From contig JAAYKU010000182.1 in NCBI GenBank assembly GCA_012522275.1, positions 1 through 60,355 on the forward strand: a DNA stretch of 60,355 nt. The letters are read 5' to 3'. Below, piece after piece: positions 59,175 through 60,355 of this stretch. Position 1 is the stretch's first letter; every line of letters begins with the position of its first letter. The DNA comes from Smithella sp. GTDB taxonomy: Bacteria; Desulfobacterota; Syntrophia; Syntrophales; Smithellaceae. Under the pieces are notes generated by a model. That model saw nothing but the letters and a program-made list of their open reading frames with translations. It searched no databases and was not told where the DNA came from. Made by a program: the position numbers and the translations under genes.

Positions 59175-59765
59175 ATGGACATTGCCGCAATTTATCATTC
59201 GGAGATATTCAGAACCGGAATTCTGGCTGCTATGATTTTTCTGGCCCGCATCTGTGACGTTTCGCTGAGCACCCTGCGTATAATCTATACTTCCCGCGGC
59301 ATTAGATTCCTCGCGCCGGTCATCGGTTTTTTCGAAGTTCTGGTGTGGCTTATCGCCATGTCCCAGATTATCAACAATCTCACCAATCCCATACTTTATG
59401 TCGCTTACGCGGGGGGATTCGCGATGGGAAACTTTGTCGGGATTTTCATCGAGGAAAAAATGGCCATCGGAAGTGTGGTCATCCGGATCATCACACAAAA
59501 AGACGCTTCCAATCTTATCGTCCTGCTCAAAGAAGCGGGCTTCGGGATAACACACATTGACGCACAAGGTGCGATGGGCATGGTTAAAATAATTTTCACC
59601 ATTGTACGCAGAAAAGACATAAAACCTGTTTTAAATATTGTCAGCCGGTGCAACCCGATGTCGTTTTACACTATCGAGGACGTCCGCGGCGTTCGCAAAG
59701 GCGTTTTCCCTATTATCAAAAAAGGCAACGGCATAAGCAATATCCTCCACCTGCCGCGGGATTGA
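59175..59765 (+). CDS. UPF0316/DUF2179 membrane protein
   Basis: IFLARICDVSLSTLR, GFFEVLVW, YAGGFAMGNFVGIFIEEKMAIG. Confidence 0.85.
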   Translation: MDIAAIYHSEIFRTGILAAMIFLARICDVSLSTLRIIYTSRGIRFLAPVIGFFEVLVWLIAMSQIINNLTNPILYVAYAGGFAMGNFVGIFIEEKMAIGSVVIRIITQKDASNLIVLLKEAGFGITHIDAQGAMGMVKIIFTIVRRKDIKPVLNIVSRCNPMSFYTIEDVRGVRKGVFPIIKKGNGISNILHLPRD

Positions 59766-60000
59766 TTATCATTTATCGATCATCTCCGGATGAAAGGGCC
59801 TCCACGCCGGAAAATGGGCACCGCCCGGAATTGCTCCGGACTTGCTCCTGCACCTCTTCGGTATCTCTTGCGCTTTGGTGATCCCAGACCTTTAGCCCTG
59901 AGTTGTTTTTTTTTGCCATCCGCCATTGCCTGCACAGCATGACCGGCCAACACGTAAAAAATATTTCTTGACATTTACCGGCGAATACTGCAACTTCCAA

Positions 60001-60017
60001 ATCGGAATGGTTCCGAT
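60001..60017. promoter_or_regulatory. Putative autoregulatory operator of the Fur-family gene
   Basis: Perfect 7-3-7 inverted repeat ATCGGAA-TGG-TTCCGAT immediately before the ATG. Confidence 0.5.
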
Positions 60018-60355
60018 ATGGATGAAATTGACAAAAAACAGATGATCGGCCGGATGAAAGAAAGAGGCCTCAAGCTCACGCCGCAGCGTCTTGCTGTTGT
60101 TGATGCTCTTGTAGATAATTATCGCGAGCATCCGGGGGCGACGTTGATATACAGCGAGGCACGTAAAAAAGCTCCACATATAAGCCTCTCGACGGTTTAT
60201 GCTACACTGAAGGAATTTTCCGAAAACGGCCTGATCAGACAGTTGGAATTCGATCGCATGGAAAACCGCTATGATATTGATCTTTCCGACCATGTAAATC
60301 TCATCTGCTACCGCTGCGGAAAGATTGTGGACTATTATATGCCGGACTCAATAAA
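60018..60355 (+). CDS. Fur/PerR-family transcriptional regulator (runs off the window end; absent from the ORF track)
   Basis: Translated by hand: MDEIDKKQ...GLKLTPQRLAV...EHPGA...ISLSTVYATL...NRYDIDLSDHVNLICYRCGKIVD. Confidence 0.9.
   Translation, partial: MDEIDKKQMIGRMKERGLKLTPQRLAVVDALVDNYREHPGATLIYSEARKKAPHISLSTVYATLKEFSENGLIRQLEFDRMENRYDIDLSDHVNLICYRCGKIVDYYMPDSI

Noticed and set aside
1-60355. CRISPR array, rRNA, transposase or prophage genes
   Set aside because: No regularly spaced repeats or recognisable motifs of these classes were seen.

Overview
Chromosomal window from an anaerobic Gram-negative bacterium. The gene content (hcp/HcpR, the kdsA-kdsC-lptCAB-rpoN-hpf-ptsN-rapZ block, NuoE/NuoF-type flavoproteins, class I adenylate cyclase) suggests Desulfobacterota, possibly Syntrophales; this is inference only. 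Bases 1-1600 are an AT-rich patch next to the 3' end of tRNA-Leu(TAA). It carries a J-domain gene preceded by a well-formed c-di-GMP-I riboswitch. 1.9-38 kb is mostly housekeeping. 38.1-44.7 kb is a DRTGG/kinase/PHP cassette plus HydC/HydD/HydB-like redox genes in which HydB is fused to a GltD/NfnB-like module and no catalytic HydA/FdhA gene follows. 44.9-50.4 kb is a TonB/TonB-dependent receptor/metal ABC uptake cluster. The best candidate for an undescribed system is 53.7-59.0 kb (minus strand): a near-consensus sigma70 promoter, a ~360-nt structured leader with a terminator-like hairpin, then three tightly coupled genes. These encode a PTS-EIIA/opine dehydrogenase fusion, a cobalamin-binding protein of unknown function, and an asparagine-synthetase-like ligase lacking the glutaminase Cys. 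All calls come from reading motifs by eye; no searches or folding programs were run.
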